Shown here: positions 20,095 through 23,640 of the stretch, in pieces
Position numbering within the stretch: position 1 is the stretch's first letter
Layout of the letters: each line of letters begins with the position of its first letter
Origin: Candidatus Woesearchaeota archaeon
Lineage (GTDB): Archaea > Nanobdellota > Nanobdellia > Pacearchaeales > GW2011-AR1
Length of the DNA stretch: 23,640 bases
Direction of reading: 5' to 3'
Assembly: GCA_964502865.1 (NCBI GenBank)
Contig: CAZCXX010000010.1
Location: 1-23,640 of the forward strand
Position numbers and translations under genes: made by a program
The notes under the pieces: model-generated
What the model was told of the DNA's origin: nothing
What the model saw: only the letters and a program-made list of their open reading frames with translations
The model's database searches: none

Positions 20095-23000
20095 TTACGC
20101 GAAGAGTTGCAACACCTCTTCTTTTGAAAGTTTCTTAAAGACGTTTTCTTCGTGAAGCATGATTTCCTGCACGAGCTGCTGTTTGCTTTGCTGGAGCGCA
20201 AGAATTTTCTCTTCAATTGTATTTTTCATGATTATTTTGTACACAAACACTTTTTTGTCTTGGCCGATGCGGTGTGCGCGGTCAATCGCCTGCATTTCTG
20301 CCGCTGGATTCCACCAGGGATCAACAATGAACACCTGTTCTGCTGCGGTAAGGTTCAGACCAAGGCCTCCTGCTTTTAAGCTTCCCAGGAAGAGTTTTAC
20401 GTTCTCATTTGCTTGGAATTCCGCAACGACACTCCCGCGATTGCGGGTAGAACCGTCGAGATAGGCATATGAGATTCCTTGTTTTTCCAGTTCTTTTTGT
20501 ATGAGCTGGAGCATTTTAACAAACGATGAAAAAATGAGTGCCTTCCTGCCGGTTGCATGTGTCTCTTCAATATATTCAAGCAGCATTGAGAGCTTTGCTG
20601 AGCTTCCGCGATAGCTTGCGTCAACCAGAGTCGGGTGATTGCAGATCTGGCGCAAGCGCAATAATCCTTCAAGAACTTTCAATTTTGACTTTTGCAGCCC
20701 TTGCTTTTCGATTGTTTCACGTATCTCTCTCTGATAGCGCTGTTTCCACTCGTTGTAGAATGTTTCTTGTCTGGGATCGAACGCTCCATAGAGCGTATTA
20801 ATCTGTTTCTCTGGTAAGTCCTGCGCAACCATCTCTTTTTTTCTCATCAGAATGAAAGGATTGATAATGTTCTTGAGTGTCTTTACTGTCGTATCTTTTT
20901 TTTCTTTTTCAACGGGCGCTACAAATTTGTTCTTAAAGTGTTCGTGATTGCCCAGCAGCCCGGGATTAAGGAAGGTAAATTGCGACCAGAGATCGAGATA
21001 ATTATTTTCTATTGGTGTGCCGGTGAGTACGAGCTTATGCTTTCCGTGCAAGCGCGTTACTGTCCGTGCGTTCTTTGTTATTGGATTCTTTATCTTTTGC
21101 GATTCGTCAAGAATGATATAATGAAATTGTTCTTTGAGAAAAAGCTCTTCGTCCTTGCAAAGCGTCTCATACGTTGTTATAATGAGATCGCTTTTATCAG
21201 CATTTTGGCTCGTTAGTTCTTTTTTACGCTCTTGCCCATGATGAACATATGCAGTGAGCGAAGGGGTGAACTTTTGTATCTCGTGCTGCCAGTTGAATAT
21301 AAGCGAGGTAGGTACTACGATTAAGGAGGGATGATTCATGTGATTATTTTCTTTCTCTGAGAGCAGGAGAGCGAGCACTTGTATTGTCTTGCCGAGTCCC
21401 ATTTCATCGGCGAGACATCCTCCAAATGAGAATTCACGGAGGAAATGCAGCCAATTATACCCTGCTTTTTGGTATTCGCGCAATGTTCCGTTCAACTCTT
21501 TTGGCAGCGATACATCCTCGATCTTCTCAAATTTTTTGAATTTCTCACGCATTTCTTTAAATGTTTCATCAACTTGTTTCGTTTCGGCGAGCTCTGTGAG
21601 CGCATCGATAATCTTAAATTGTGTTCGTGCTGCACGCAACGATTCTTCTTTTTTGTTATGCTCAAGAAACCCAAGCGTACCAGCGATTTTCTCAATCCAG
21701 GGCTTGGGAATAGCCCCGAGAGAGCCGTCGGCAAGCTCGATCCAGCGCTCATGGTTATTGATTGCTTTGATCAGCGCGGCAAGTGGGACTTTCTGCTTAT
21801 CAAATGATAGGTCTGCTTTGATATCGAACCAGTCGATACCGCTCGTAACGTACAGTGCAAGCTTGGGTCTTGCTGGTGAGATCGGTGAGTTGAGCAGTTT
21901 GTCGCTTCCAAAGAGCTCACATCCAGATGCAATTAACCGAGGAGCGTGGTCAGCAAGCCATTCGAGAGGATCACCGGCTGGAGCATATCTTTCTCCGTGT
22001 CGGATTGTTCCTTCTGAGAGGAGTGAGAGAAAACGTTGTTCTTCAGCAGTATTGCGCACGATTTTTGAGAGTGTTCCGTTAGCCTCTTGAAAGACGAGAT
22101 CGTGGTACTGCAAGGCAGAAACTTCTTGATCGAGATAGCGGAAGCGCGGCTCAATTTCCAGTGCACCTTCTTTTTCCTTCAAAAAGAGACGGAGCGTCGG
22201 TATGACATCATTTCGTTCGCGCGGCTTGAATGAGGCGGGCAAAGCAATGGTACCGACCTGTGCAAGAGCAGTGTACTTTTTTTCTATAATCTCTTTTACC
22301 TGCTGCTCGGTAAATTCCATTGCACTATGCTCTCGTATGAAATGCAACGTTCTTTGGTTTGTTGTTTCTACTTCTGCGAGTAAGCCTTTCTCTGTGGAGT
22401 TGACTTTTTGAGGAATATATGCCCAGAGTGTTTTCCCTCCAAACAGTATAATTTCAGGGCTTGCTAGGTCATATGGAATACCATTATACTTAAGCGAGAG
22501 GCTCCACGCATAGCGCTGATTCTTTGCATGCCGGTGTATTGCTATTTCAGGAATTACTTTTTCTTGCGCAATGGCGCAATCGATAAAATATTCCGGATGC
22601 TTTGCATAGAGATCCCGCAGCATTTCGATTACTTTTGTTTCTTGCTGCTGCTTTCTTGGACTATAGTACAACTCGTTTTGCCAGAGCATGTTGTAGAGAG
22701 GGCTTATCATGCGATCTAGTGCCCGTTGCATTTCTTCAGGACAATCAGCATAATACTTCCCAAGTGCATGGAGATTTACTCTCTTGAGAGCACCCAGAGC
22801 ACCATTTTTCTTGACTTGTGCCCGGACGATATATGTTTCGATCATAGTATTATGCCTTTCTGGCGCGAGCGAGAAAAATAAGCGGTATTTTTTTAGTTCG
22901 GGAACGTTTCTCTCTTCTTCCTGCCCATGCCGCATTTCAGCCAACTCTGCGAACATTGTCTCGTACTGCTCCCGGTTGTATTCTTCCCGTATCTTTTGTT

Positions 23001-23640
23001 CGTAGTGCGCCGATATAACGTGTGGATTGTGCTTTTTAATGAGTGAGAGCATGGCGGCAACGCGATGCACGCACGGCTCTTTGAAATAGGAATACCCACA
23101 CGAGCATCTTTTCCATAGTGTCATTTCACTTCTTTTTTCCCAGGGGTGATGTTCGATGATGACACGTGCGATTCTTTCTCCTTCCTTGACTTCGAGACAC
23201 GCCAGCTCATGCGTGTCTCGCAGGATCGTTACGTGTCCATGTACTAGAAGTTCAAAGGCACGAAGAATCGTTCCCGAAGATGCCTGAAATACCGCGTCAC
23301 TTAACTTCAAGAAGGCGGCAAACGGCTTTCGAGAGTGCTTGGTAACTGCTTCTGTCTCGCGCCCTTTGGCTTGATGCATCAGAGCATAGAGTGCCGCGAC
23401 TACGTGCTTGCATTGCTCGCCTTCATACGGACAGGTACAGCCTGCAATGAGCTTTTTGTTATCTACATGGAGCGTGACAGTATATCGTTTGCTGCCTCGT
23501 ACGTTCACTTCAAGATAGTTTCCTTTCTGCCTGATCGCTTCTACACGCCCTCGGTGCCAGTATTCTTTGCCGCGCTTAAAAATTTCTGTGGAGCTTGCGT
23601 GCCGGAGGATGTCATTTTCTGTTAATGCGTGCAAGTCCAT
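20095..23640 (-). CDS. SNF2-family helicase with two N-terminal SWIM zinc-finger motifs (its ATG is the last codon of the window, so it may extend further)
   Basis: SWIM 1 is CTCPYEGEQCKH (23404-23439). SWIM 2 is CSCGYSYFKEPCVH (23065-23106). The helicase motifs are DEMGLGKT, ILDESQKIKN, LTGTPIEN, GGLGLNLT and DPWWNPAAEMQAIDRAHRIGQ. Confidence 0.9.
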   Translation of the reverse strand: MDLHALTENDILRHASSTEIFKRGKEYWHRGRVEAIRQKGNYLEVNVRGSKRYTVTLHVDNKKLIAGCTCPYEGEQCKHVVAALYALMHQAKGRETEAVTKHSRKPFAAFLKLSDAVFQASSGTILRAFELLVHGHVTILRDTHELACLEVKEGERIARVIIEHHPWEKRSEMTLWKRCSCGYSYFKEPCVHRVAAMLSLIKKHNPHVISAHYEQKIREEYNREQYETMFAELAEMRHGQEEERNVPELKKYRLFFSLAPERHNTMIETYIVRAQVKKNGALGALKRVNLHALGKYYADCPEEMQRALDRMISPLYNMLWQNELYYSPRKQQQETKVIEMLRDLYAKHPEYFIDCAIAQEKVIPEIAIHRHAKNQRYAWSLSLKYNGIPYDLASPEIILFGGKTLWAYIPQKVNSTEKGLLAEVETTNQRTLHFIREHSAMEFTEQQVKEIIEKKYTALAQVGTIALPASFKPRERNDVIPTLRLFLKEKEGALEIEPRFRYLDQEVSALQYHDLVFQEANGTLSKIVRNTAEEQRFLSLLSEGTIRHGERYAPAGDPLEWLADHAPRLIASGCELFGSDKLLNSPISPARPKLALYVTSGIDWFDIKADLSFDKQKVPLAALIKAINNHERWIELADGSLGAIPKPWIEKIAGTLGFLEHNKKEESLRAARTQFKIIDALTELAETKQVDETFKEMREKFKKFEKIEDVSLPKELNGTLREYQKAGYNWLHFLREFSFGGCLADEMGLGKTIQVLALLLSEKENNHMNHPSLIVVPTSLIFNWQHEIQKFTPSLTAYVHHGQERKKELTSQNADKSDLIITTYETLCKDEELFLKEQFHYIILDESQKIKNPITKNARTVTRLHGKHKLVLTGTPIENNYLDLWSQFTFLNPGLLGNHEHFKNKFVAPVEKEKKDTTVKTLKNIINPFILMRKKEMVAQDLPEKQINTLYGAFDPRQETFYNEWKQRYQREIRETIEKQGLQKSKLKVLEGLLRLRQICNHPTLVDASYRGSSAKLSMLLEYIEETHATGRKALIFSSFVKMLQLIQKELEKQGISYAYLDGSTRNRGSVVAEFQANENVKLFLGSLKAGGLGLNLTAAEQVFIVDPWWNPAAEMQAIDRAHRIGQDKKVFVYKIIMKNTIEEKILALQQSKQQLVQEIMLHEENVFKKLSKEEVLQLFA

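Noticed and set aside
21389-22090. 233-aa plus-strand ORF inside the SNF2 gene
   Set aside because: It is a Ser-rich antisense shadow of a gene with complete SNF2 motifs. The same reasoning applies to 19614-20216 (antisense to the Lys/Glu-rich end of proS), to 829-1149 and 1076-1465, and to the other short overlapping ORFs in the track.

Overview
This is a gene-dense chromosomal segment from an archaeon, roughly 40-50% GC in housekeeping genes by hand counts of a few lines. The archaeal assignment rests on TBP, an ATP-dependent DNA ligase, deoxyhypusine synthase, an archaeal-type ProRS ending in AKAY, GatB, an intron-containing tRNA, and TTTAAATA-type TATA boxes. The small genes, the leaderless transcripts and the many secreted Cys-rich proteins suggest a small-genome DPANN-like lineage, but that is inference only. 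Three kinds of accessory content sit among the housekeeping genes. (i) There are three AT-rich toxin-antitoxin-like cassettes: RHH/UPF0175 with a DUF3368-PIN, a HEPN-like protein with a minimal nucleotidyltransferase, and AbrB with a PIN. Two of them have clear palindromic operators at their promoters. (ii) There is a set of signal-anchored proteins. Three share a six-cysteine N-terminal module, two share an SAFWPF motif, and one is a LamG protein with an AT-rich middle domain between poly-Gly linkers. (iii) There are two families of short structured non-coding repeats. One is a hairpin array at 4606-4788, whose last hairpin recurs directly against the 5' end of tRNA-Arg. The other is a ~74-nt stem-loop module in three copies whose stem covaries between copies. 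These repeats are the most unusual signal in the window and I cannot match them to any RNA class I know. Other notable items are an acylphosphatase-UppS fusion, a protein with a 26-residue Cys periodicity, and a double-SWIM SNF2 helicase. All protein calls rest on motifs read from the translations. No database search was possible. No CRISPR array, rRNA, transposase or reverse transcriptase was seen.
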